64,000 nucleotides of DNA from Epithemia pelagica (taxonomy: Eukaryota; Protista; Bacillariophyta), in NCBI GenBank assembly GCA_946965045.2, contig OX337237.1, forward strand, positions 2,666,001 through 2,730,000. Direction: 5' to 3'. Position numbers and translations under genes: made by a program. The notes below the pieces were generated by a model, which was not told the origin of the DNA, did not search any database, and saw nothing but the letters and a program-made list of their open reading frames with translations. This document shows positions 11,680-21,900 of the stretch, one piece after another. Within the stretch, counting starts at the first letter, position 1, and each line of letters opens with the position of its first letter.

Positions 11680-11976
11680 TGTGTCGTTGTTGTTTCTTTG
11701 ATCCATCCGTTGGAGCTGGAAGTGTCATTTTTTTGCTTCCAACGGAACACTGACTGTCTGTAGAGGAAAGTAACTGACAGTAGAGAAAAAACAGACAGAA
11801 AAGACTGCTCAAGACAGACTTCATTCACTGACCACAAACGGGACCAAAGCGCGCTCTTCTTTGCGGGGATTGTTGAGCGCAGACCGCAGACAGACAGCGC
11901 AGCCTCATTGTTGTGTTGTGTCGAAACCGGGAGAGCTCTGGTTTCTTCTTCGTCTTTGGGTCTCTGGTGGGTGAAT

Positions 11977-11978
<2 letters not shown>

Positions 11979-12011
<33 letters not shown>
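11979..12011. repeat. (AG)n microsatellite
   Basis: About 33 bp of perfect AG repeat, ~80 bp upstream of the ELM2-SANT gene. Confidence 0.95.
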
Positions 12012-12013
<2 letters not shown>

Positions 12014-12088
12014 AAGAGGACACGAGATCGCAACCGCGAGAGCAGCAGCGGCACGCACGAGAGCAACACAACACAAGGGCTGGATATC

Positions 12089-14668
12089 ATGAACGCACAA
12101 TCCTCGTCGTCCACCACCAGCAACCCAGCCGTACCTCCCCAACCACCGACGGTTGCTGTTGCTGCTGCTGCTACCCACGCACCGCAAGACGTCGGTGGTG
12201 ATGGTGACACCATCACCACCACTCGCCGTACAACCACCATGAATGTGCCACCAGAAGCACAAGGACCAGCACCACCACAAGAACTACCACAGCAACAACA
12301 AGATCAACCACAACCACAAGAGGATGTAAATGTCAAACGAAAATCCTTGGATTCGTCTCGTCCTTCGACCCTTACGGATGATGCCATGGAAGAAGACGAA
12401 GAAGAAGATCCTTCGTCATTATCCTCACCACAACGACCATTGAAACGGTCTCGTCGCGACCCGGATCCACGCTTTGCACGGGCCACCACTCGGAGCAGCA
12501 GTCAAAAACAACAACAACAAGCCGCCGCCCCGCCACCACCAGCACCACCACCACAACAACAAGAAGAACCAGCAGCAGCAACGTTGGATCCGACGCTAAC
12601 GATGCACCCATCCACAACCACAACCACCACGACGACGACGACTCTGACGGATCCCACGGCCGCGTCCTCCACCATTGTCTCGTACGTGTTGGAAGAAGGT
12701 GCCACGGATGCCCACGGCCATCGATTGCCGACGCAATTGCGCATGACCACCCATGTCGTGCCCGCCATTACCAACACTCAGGACGCGGCACAACCAGCAC
12801 CACCAGTAGCACAAGACGACGACAAGGACGACCAACACACCACCACCATTCGATTGCAACCAGGGGACGATGTCCTGCTCTTTCAAGCGAATGAGGAGGA
12901 GGAGGACGAGGACGACGAGAACACTGCCAAGGAGACACTCGGCACGACTCTGAAAACATTGCCTCCGGCGCGCATTCAAAGTTTCTATGCCCGTGATGGA
13001 GCCGTTTATTTCAATGCCCAATGGTTCTTGTCCAAACAAGACATTTCCCAATTGCCCCAGTCGGTCCCCTGGAGTGGTCCGTTGACGCGAGAGGAATTGT
13101 TGGACAGCATGAAGAATGACGATCGAGACTTGGTCTTGTCCAATCAAATGGATGAAAATGAAATTGGAGCCATTTTGGGATTGGCTCAAGTCGATTTTAA
13201 TAGTTCGAACGACGACAATGACGACAACGACGAGGCTCCTCCTTCTTCGGACAGTACTACGTCGTATCGATGTCGGTATCAATTGCAAGTGACACCCACC
13301 GAAATGCGCTTGTTGCCCTATACCGATCAGGCTGCAGATCCCACTGGTACTACTACTTCTACTACGAATAATGAGGAAGACGACCACCCTCCAGTGCCCT
13401 CCCAAACCACGACCGCACCATCGACGGAGGAAAGTGCCAGTGACCCAGACGAAGGACGACGAGCGCCCCACGAAAATGCCTCGACTAGAACCAAGAATCG
13501 GAACCCGCATCCAGATGACGGTGACGATGATGATGACGAGACGAGCAGTAGTTCGGAATCGGACAATGCTCGCATGGTGGTGGCCGAAGGAGAGGGAAGT
13601 GTCTTGAGAGAATCCATTGAAGTGGGACCGGAACATCAAGCCGTCGTTCCACCCTTTGACCCTGCATCCAGAATGCCACGATCGAGGAATCCCACCTTGG
13701 TTTGGAAAAAGGGATTGCTCACCAATGACCAAATTGCCGAATTCATGGACCGTGTTGCCGAGAAACACAATCGATATTTGGATCAACAACGCTTGTCGGC
13801 GGCCACCAATGCCACCTACACTCCCATTTTGGATGTGGCTCCCCTGGACCGTGTCTTGCAGCAACACACTACCGAACGGTTGACGGGCTCTTCCTTGAGT
13901 ACCGCCTCCATGTTGGCCGGAGCGGACCGTCGCGGAACCTTGCGCAAGGAATGCGACGCCGATGCCTTGTTGGCGATTTTGACCGACTGTCAAGGCAATG
14001 TCGCACAGGCTGTGGAAAGGGCCACGGCCCAGTTGGACCACATTACGCGCGGAGCCTGGACCATGACGGAACGGGCCCAATACAACAAGGGCTTTCGGCA
14101 ATATCAAGCGGCTCTATGGAAAATTGCCAAGTACCTGGCTCCGGCCAAGTCCATGCAAGAGGTGGTGGATTATCATTTTCGATGCAAAATTCCCGACCAA
14201 TTTCGACACTATCAAGACAAGAAACGTGAAATTGCCGTCCGCATTGTCGAATGCATGGAGGAAAAGAGATCGCATTTAACCAATGGTGGTGGAAGCAGTA
14301 GTACGACAACAAACCATGCCGCGGCCACCACCAAGACGACGGCCACCGAAGGGGATGAATCCCACCCTCCTCCTCCTTTGGTGCCGCCGCCGCCGCAACC
14401 GCATTGGTCGGAACTCTCGGTCCAGGATGTGGCCACGTATACCGAAACGCGTCGACGCAAGGCCCGTGACCTCATGTTGGATATCCAGGAGGAATTGGGA
14501 GACGAAACCTTGGCCAAGGTGGCTACGTGGATTCGACAACTCAATCACCATCACACCAACAACCACACGACGACGGCAGACACTAAGGTCCGTCACTCCC
14601 TCTTGACCACTCTGCAGGGGCATGCAAGCCTTCACGAACGCATGATGGAGTTCTTACCACCCTCCTAG
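12089..14668 (+). CDS. BAH-like + ELM2 + SANT chromatin co-repressor (MTA/RERE-like) with a PAH-like C-terminal helical domain
   Basis: RLQPGDDVLL...ARIQSFY...FNAQWF (BAH), IEVGPEHQAVVP (ELM2), WTMTERAQYNKGFRQY...WKIAKYL..KSMQEVVDYHF (SANT), LQGHASLHERMMEFLP (PAH-like). Confidence 0.75.
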   Translation: MNAQSSSSTTSNPAVPPQPPTVAVAAAATHAPQDVGGDGDTITTTRRTTTMNVPPEAQGPAPPQELPQQQQDQPQPQEDVNVKRKSLDSSRPSTLTDDAMEEDEEEDPSSLSSPQRPLKRSRRDPDPRFARATTRSSSQKQQQQAAAPPPPAPPPQQQEEPAAATLDPTLTMHPSTTTTTTTTTTLTDPTAASSTIVSYVLEEGATDAHGHRLPTQLRMTTHVVPAITNTQDAAQPAPPVAQDDDKDDQHTTTIRLQPGDDVLLFQANEEEEDEDDENTAKETLGTTLKTLPPARIQSFYARDGAVYFNAQWFLSKQDISQLPQSVPWSGPLTREELLDSMKNDDRDLVLSNQMDENEIGAILGLAQVDFNSSNDDNDDNDEAPPSSDSTTSYRCRYQLQVTPTEMRLLPYTDQAADPTGTTTSTTNNEEDDHPPVPSQTTTAPSTEESASDPDEGRRAPHENASTRTKNRNPHPDDGDDDDDETSSSSESDNARMVVAEGEGSVLRESIEVGPEHQAVVPPFDPASRMPRSRNPTLVWKKGLLTNDQIAEFMDRVAEKHNRYLDQQRLSAATNATYTPILDVAPLDRVLQQHTTERLTGSSLSTASMLAGADRRGTLRKECDADALLAILTDCQGNVAQAVERATAQLDHITRGAWTMTERAQYNKGFRQYQAALWKIAKYLAPAKSMQEVVDYHFRCKIPDQFRHYQDKKREIAVRIVECMEEKRSHLTNGGGSSSTTTNHAAATTKTTATEGDESHPPPPLVPPPPQPHWSELSVQDVATYTETRRRKARDLMLDIQEELGDETLAKVATWIRQLNHHHTNNHTTTADTKVRHSLLTTLQGHASLHERMMEFLPPS

Positions 14669-15356
14669 GTAGACTCCCACGAACCAACAACAACAACAAC
14701 CACAAGAGCATGGTACCACAAGTGTGCTGTCTATAGCTAGTAGAGCTTGCGTATGATGCTAGAGGATGGAGTGGATCTCCCCGTTCACCACTGGTAGATT
14801 TTTGCCTACTCCTCTAGAGGCATTCCATTATTCTTGGGAGATCTAGCGATAGTAGCGGGGTCATGCCATTGTGCGTGACCAAAGACTTCATACAAAGAAT
14901 GAACCACGAAGAACCAGCATCTTCTTGTCTTCATCGGTGAAGAATAGGAGTAATCCATAAGAAAAGGAGGTAGCAGGTAGCCCCACCATAATATAGCCCA
15001 CATCGACATCACATCACAATATTCGTGTAGACATCATGATGAGAGCCGAAAATCAAAAAAGTGGAAGAATGACAGTCCAAGTTCCACAAGGTTTCGACTT
15101 TTTATACAATATTTCGAAATCTTCGCTTTTCCGATGCGCGACTCACGATGCTTCTCTTTTCCTTCCACAGTCATGACGTTCTAATGGCGCATCGAGGCCA
15201 ATGTCAAGCAAAGAGAACAACTCGTCGAAAATGTGAAACGTCGGTGTCCGAGTTGCAATTTGCAATATACAAAGTGGTAACGGAATGGACGAATCGGACG
15301 AGGGAGAAGATCGAACCATTTCATGAATTTACAGGCTCTAAGCACTCTTTTACAGC

Positions 15357-17654
15357 ATGTCGCCTTTGGGTAAACAACCTGTCCTTATCGAATTAATGTC
15401 GTCGAACTTTAACCATGGCCTTCCCGGAAAGAAGAGCAGTGACGGATCAATTGATCTATCATCATACGAATCGGCCCAGAGTCCTGATGGGGAACGGTCA
15501 CATGGAAACCGGATTCTTGTGCAAGAACAGCTGGAGTCGTCTGCCGATTCACAATGGCAACCAATTGGAGGACTGTCGTCCTCCATAGAAGGGATACCGA
15601 CGTCTGATCCACATTTCCTGGGTTCCATGCTGAAACGTCCACCAGACGAAAGTGAAATGAGCACAAGTTCCCAGAAAAAGCGTAAAACGGATGTGGAGCA
15701 ACGTTTATCTGACAATTCTGTGCGCGATCCCCCATCTTCTTCGTACAACTCCACGTTGCCACGACATCATGCATCGAATCCACTTCATCGACCGTTGGCT
15801 TCATCGATGTACTCTGCCTTCGAGGCCGCTCCAGTGATAGCCACCAATGCAGCAGGAGTCGGTGCAGGGGTTTCTTCTTATCCCGGCCTTGATTTGTACG
15901 CGTTGCGCGAGTCGGCAGTTGCAAATCCAGCCCTTGTCGCGAACAGAAGCCTCGCCCCTGCCGACTTGGCTCTAGCAGAACAACTACGTCTTTCTTCCGA
16001 AATGAATGCTGCTGCACATCATCATGAACAACTTCGTGATCGTTATCGGCACAGTGCTCTCGCTGCTCTTGCCTTGCAACCGCCCTCATCACTGGAATCG
16101 CTCTTTCCTGCCTCTGCAGGCTCCTCCACTCATTCCGGACCTCTCCTTCCTACACCGACATCCAATTTTCCCAGCATCGTTCTAGCACCTATCAGAGCAA
16201 ACCATCTCTGCCACCTTGCCCTGAACAGGCAACACGCTGCTCCAGTGTCGCACCAGCCGATATACGCAGCGCTCAACTCTGGAGGAGCAACCACTGTGAC
16301 TACGCCCTCAAGTAGCGCCAACGAGCAAACAAACCTGGAGCTTGTGATGCGTCAGATTGCAGCCGTACGGAACCCAGGACCATTCGGAGGTCTCGCATCA
16401 AGCGTTCCTGCTGACGGAGGACCTCTTGATCTTTCCACAGTTGCGGCTGCAAGGGCCATCGCGGCTTCCAATTCTGCCTCAGCAGCACGCCACCAAGCAC
16501 AGCTCCTTGGCGAACCAGAGTCTCAGAGCATTCCACTTGCATTGCTTTCCTCTTCCCGTGCTGGGAATCCTACAGGACCTTCATTGGCTACCGTCCCCAC
16601 TAGTGCTTCTTCTTCTTCTCTTCCAGCAGCCGCCCGTTCCTTGTCGCTCTTGACTGGTATTGCCGATCGCATGACCACCCATTTGAAGCCTCCCTTTCCT
16701 CCCCGTGACGAGGACCAAGTTTATCATTATACAGAGCGTCCCATGTTTGCGTTAGGGATTGATGAAGATGCAAACTGGCTTTCTGAGTTTCATTGCTTTG
16801 TGCGTGGTGAGCTGACCGAAGTCTTTCGGGCCAGTCACGAAGATTGCAAGTCAAGAAACAACGCCATCACCTTTGATCAAGTGGGAATCCGGTGTCGCTT
16901 TTGCGCTCACAAGGGTGTGAACGGCAAGGTTGGCCGCTCCTCGGCATTCCCTTCGTCCTGTCGGCAAATCTACCAAAGTTTTACCATGATGCTCCGAGAG
17001 CACTTTCCGAAATGCAACTGCATTCCCCCTGAAGTTCGCCAAAAGTTTAGTGCACTCAAGGACACGCCTTCTCAGGGAGCAACGGATTCCAAGAGGTACT
17101 GGGTGTACTCGGCCATGAGACTTGGCTTTACCGATACCCCCGAGGGTATCATGATTTCGGAGGCAAGCATCCTCAGTGCTTCCAAATTGGCACCATTCGG
17201 GAATGAGGCAAGTGAACCATGGCCAGACGATACAAAGAACTCGATTGCGCTGGTGAATCCTTCGGAAGAAGGCACGGTTGACAGGTACTTATTTAATCTA
17301 GTCTCCCACCTGCAAGTGGTGCATCTCACCAAGACGGAGAGGATTGGAAATCGCCGTAACGTACAACAAGGATTGCCAGGTTTCGCTTGTCGCTTCTGTT
17401 GTCAACACCGAAGGTTGGGATTGTGCCGATTGTTTCCAGCACGAAGACGTACACTACCCGATAAGTTGAATGATATGTACGATCACATTCGAAGATGCAG
17501 CGTCACTCCCCTGGCGATCAAAGAGCAGTTGAGCCTTTTGAAAGAGCAAGCTTCGGACGATGTCATGTCAGACAGGGATGAGGCCAAGGAGTTCTTTGAC
17601 CGTGTGTGGAGTCGAATGGGCCACGTAAACGTCTCTTCTACAACGGCTGGGTAA
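15357..17654 (+). CDS. Diatom-type putative nuclear protein with two copies of a CxxC...H...C domain
   Basis: QVGIRCRFCAH...FP...HFPKC and GFACRFCCQ...FP...HIRRC. The N-terminus is Ser/Ala/Pro low-complexity with an NLS-like KKRK. 765-aa ORF. Confidence 0.75.
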   Translation: MSPLGKQPVLIELMSSNFNHGLPGKKSSDGSIDLSSYESAQSPDGERSHGNRILVQEQLESSADSQWQPIGGLSSSIEGIPTSDPHFLGSMLKRPPDESEMSTSSQKKRKTDVEQRLSDNSVRDPPSSSYNSTLPRHHASNPLHRPLASSMYSAFEAAPVIATNAAGVGAGVSSYPGLDLYALRESAVANPALVANRSLAPADLALAEQLRLSSEMNAAAHHHEQLRDRYRHSALAALALQPPSSLESLFPASAGSSTHSGPLLPTPTSNFPSIVLAPIRANHLCHLALNRQHAAPVSHQPIYAALNSGGATTVTTPSSSANEQTNLELVMRQIAAVRNPGPFGGLASSVPADGGPLDLSTVAAARAIAASNSASAARHQAQLLGEPESQSIPLALLSSSRAGNPTGPSLATVPTSASSSSLPAAARSLSLLTGIADRMTTHLKPPFPPRDEDQVYHYTERPMFALGIDEDANWLSEFHCFVRGELTEVFRASHEDCKSRNNAITFDQVGIRCRFCAHKGVNGKVGRSSAFPSSCRQIYQSFTMMLREHFPKCNCIPPEVRQKFSALKDTPSQGATDSKRYWVYSAMRLGFTDTPEGIMISEASILSASKLAPFGNEASEPWPDDTKNSIALVNPSEEGTVDRYLFNLVSHLQVVHLTKTERIGNRRNVQQGLPGFACRFCCQHRRLGLCRLFPARRRTLPDKLNDMYDHIRRCSVTPLAIKEQLSLLKEQASDDVMSDRDEAKEFFDRVWSRMGHVNVSSTTAG

Positions 17655-18918
17655 TCGGTGGGGAGCGAACCAGTGGAGCTGTGGGAGGCTCGTACCTCGT
17701 ACGGTGTGTGTTGATTGTTGAACAGTGATCCTGCTATTTTGATAAGCATTATGGTGGGACCAAGATGGACTTTGGCGCCTTTCATCGTATACGAGTACAA
17801 CGGCATTCCTCAAGACAACTTGACATCGCTCCATATAAACCACATCAGAAACTTAACATGGGTTTGTTCTATTATTGCTAGCACGGGGACAGCGTGCTAC
17901 CATCCCAGTTCCCAATAGCTCCTAATTCTGGTTGTCCTTGTCTCAGTTTGTGGGGGTGGGCGTGGTGTTGTTGTTCCCAGTTCCCATCCTTCTGCTATCC
18001 GGGGCTTAATAATTGAATCTCCATAACACTTTGTATTATTGAGAATGCCGAAAGCTTGATTTTCTGAGTTCTGGGAGATCCAAAAGCGTCTAATACTTTT
18101 TTGATGATGTATTTTGTTATATATAATTTTCTGTAGATTTGAATTCATGTAGCACTGGGGAGTAGATATCAGATATCAGTATCAGTCGTATTTCTTTAGG
18201 ATCTCGCCCAATCAAGAATGAAGAGCTACAAACTTTGAAGTGTGAATCAAGTTATCTCTAATATTGCCCATATGGACCATGTTTGCTGGGACAAAAAAGT
18301 GGGTGCCTCACTGGTTACTGGTTATCTCGTATTGGTCGCTCTTTACAAGGACATTCTAAGAGTTGTCAAGTGATACGATAAGTAGTAAGGCTCACTTCAA
18401 TGTGAAGATGAGTGGTTGGTGGTTGGTGAGTGGTGTTTGATGATTCTCTTACTTATTGAGAATTCTTTATTTGTTTGTATTCTGATTTCGGACTAACTTT
18501 GAATTTGTTCCCGAGAAACTCCGAACGTTCCGAGCGTTGTGTCTCGGTTGGGTCAGGTGTCAGTTAAAAGGTTGCTTGAGTCCGTTGTCGTCAAACAGTC
18601 TTCTAATTTGTCCGTGAAAGCTAAGTCCTTGTGTCAGTATTGGTACATGGCTCATCACCATGACGGTGTCTGAGTCTATGATTATTTCTGATGGTGGTTG
18701 GAGTTGGTGTATGTCGGTGTTGTCGATGTGGTTTGGTAAGAATCTTTCACGGCTCAGTTATTGCTCTCTGAGCCTCTGGAATCACTTGGTTGCAGTCTCT
18801 GAACCTTTGTGAAAAGTGTCCTCACATTCATGTCGTTTGGGGTGGATTGGCAGACTTGTCGACCATGAAATGTGGTGAAAAAGCTGCTTTGATATCCGCT
18901 TTGCTAATTTGTTGAACA

Positions 18919-21900
18919 ATGTCCGGTCACCGTCCTCCATGTGCCTCAAACAAGAAGAGCCGCATACACGAAGCCGGTAGTGTGGATAGCAATCACGAAA
19001 ACAGCAATACGAAGGATGATCCTCCTGCCGTGGTCCAACAATTGGCTTTGGATCCCTCCACGGTATGGACACTTTATGACTTTGTGCAAGTCTATGCACC
19101 TCAGTTGGTGGCTTCCTTATCGAAATCGCACGGAACACCGGAGGAGGCGACCCGTCGAAACATGGTTCCTGGCACATTTCAGGACAAGGAGACGAACAAG
19201 ATGACAACAACATCCACAACAGATCCTAATAGGACGCTCGAATCGATTATCCATTCAACGCTAGTCGTTCCGTTGGAGAGTTGGCCCTTGGATCCAGTGC
19301 CGGTATCGAACAGACAGGAAACGGAACCGCAACCAGAGCAAGAATCGACGAAGCAACCTGTCCAGAATAAGTACAAACAAAAGTTGACGGAAAAGAAACA
19401 GTGTGAACCCCTTCCTTCCTTGGTAGATCATGTCGTTTGGACCTTGGTGAAACGTCGGGAACGCGCACGACAAGAGCAACAACAGCAACAGCAACAGGCG
19501 TCGAACTTGCCGGCACTGCATCGCCACACTCATTCTCGTACGGTCAACAAGCCAAGCCATCACACGCACAGCAATGTCTTGTGTCAGGGTTATGTTTCGG
19601 CATCTTCCCGTCAAGTGGAAGAAGAAGGGGGCCGTTCCTTGTGTACCATGCCGGCTGGTGTTATTTGGTGGCAATGGAATCGGCATGTCGAATTTCTCAA
19701 GACCAGTTCCTGGGGACGGTTGGTCCATGCCTGGTTGGGAGACAATTTACTGCGAGCACTGCTGTTGCACACACAACTCTTTCTTCCCATTATGGAGCGG
19801 CAAGACACCAGTGCTTTCATGACGACTACGGCTGACATGGGTCAGCGGCGAGATATGCCAGAAACGGCACCGGAAATGCGTGGCAACTACTTTCAGCTGA
19901 CCGGTCCTCCTCTGGCGGTGGGAGTAACACCGCACATGGGACAGGCAAGGACGAAGGAGCAGGAAGGTATCCACAACAAGAAGACAAAGAAACGAATGCG
20001 GAACCGAAAGCGAAAACGGTCCACGACAAAGTGTGACACTTCGCTCCGACAAAGAGCGAATGATGCCACTGCGACAACTCCAGCTTCCTTGGATTTTGAC
20101 ACCGCTGCCTCCTCCAAGAAACGTAAGGTGGTGAGCAAAGAACAACCAGGACAGGGTGCCACTCGAACACCGACCATAGTGTCTAAAGAAGATCATCCTC
20201 CGTTGACAACAACAATGACGGCAGCAACGAATATTTGCCGTGCGCAAAGCACACATCCAACGCGTTCCATTCTGTCATTGGTGGGTCTCAGCGCCCAGAA
20301 TCAATCAGTGACTGCCCAGAACAAGAGGAAACGGTCTGATCCGGAGTCGACCAGGACTTCTGTGATAATAGCCTCACCAGAAGGCACAGTACGTGAGTCG
20401 ACGACCGAGACGACTTCTCCTTCGATACGAGAGAATGGAACCACCTTGGAACAACCTCGCAACGTGGGAGAAGAAATCTTGTGGAACAAACTCATGGAAA
20501 AACTCATGGGAAGCAAATCTCAAGGACTCCATGAGCTGCCAGTCGTCGACAAAAAGCCAGTCCCCAAGCAGCAATGTGGCCACGAGTCGGCTCTTGCGCT
20601 CTGTCAGTCGATTCTGCGGAAGCACCGAAAGTGTGACTATATTCGAATCTTGGAACAATACTGCCCGCTTCCCGAAGTTTTAGGTCACCGAAAGGGGTGC
20701 AAGAGTGACAAAGGTCGTCCTAAAAGAGCAAGACTGACGGTTGATGATTTGACGCGTGTTTCAGCCTCGTTTACGCCCTCTCATCAAGTGGTTTCATTTG
20801 TCAAATCGGCCCTTACGCGTGTGTTTCCTCTGGAGTGCTGGGGATCAGAGCAAAATCGGACTTGCGTGTTGCACCAGGTGGAATGTTTCATAAATCTACG
20901 AAGACAAGAACACTTCCCCTTTCACAATCGCAATCTACTGTTGCACGGTATCGGAATAACCAAAATCCCCTGGCTTTTCAATCGCAGCGACGCAAGACGG
21001 AAGAATGAAACGCAAAAGTTCTCCCATCCACCTTCACGTGGTCGGCGCAAGACCTCCAACAGACGCAAGTTCATTGCCAAAGACCATAAGGCCGCGGAAG
21101 AACGATTCCTATCGTTTCTCGACTTTGTGTTTCAAGACTTTGTCATTCACCTCCTCCAATCGTGCTTCCATGCCACGGAAAGCGAAATGTATGCACGACG
21201 AGTTTTATACTATCGCAAACCGGTATGGTCTCTTTTTTGCACATTGTCCATGGAGAAGTTGTCGTCATCGTCCTCTTCCTCAAGCTGCCAAGCAGGAACG
21301 AAACAGTGCATGTACCATGCCTTGACGTGGACCGAAGCTGCCGCCAAAATGTCCGAGCATGAAATGGGGATTTCCAGGTTGCGACTTGTTCCCAAGCGTA
21401 CAGGAGTGCGACCGATTGCCTTGCAATCGACCGCGGCAAGGATACAGCCGCTGAAACGCGGTTGTACCGTCGCTTGTTTACCCGAGGAGAGGCCATGTCC
21501 CAAAACCCAAAAGCGTAAAGTGGAGCAACAGGAGAAACGTCGGACCGAACTGGATGCAGCCAATGAGATGCTCTTGGAACGAAAGTCATCGACCAATGAT
21601 GCGTTGAATGACACCTTTGCTGTGATTCGAAAACAATATACCAATGATCCCAGCTTATTTGGAGCGGGTGTCGCTGGATTGCATTTCTTTTACCCGCGAT
21701 ATCGTCAATTCATGCTGGAACTTCGGCAGTCGAGCCCGACAAAGAAAGGCAACAAAAGACTCTGTTTCGCATCTGTCGACATTCAAAACTGCTACGACCA
21801 GATTAATCAAGAAAAATTGTTGGAGTTGGTGGATCAGCAGTTGGTGAGGGACCGCCAATACATGGTGCAACGCGTGGCTGTGACGTACTGTCGCCAAACG

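Noticed and set aside
17655-18918. Search for a telomerase RNA gene or telomeric repeats next to TERT
   Set aside because: No CCCTAA-type template stretch or TTAGGG array is visible.
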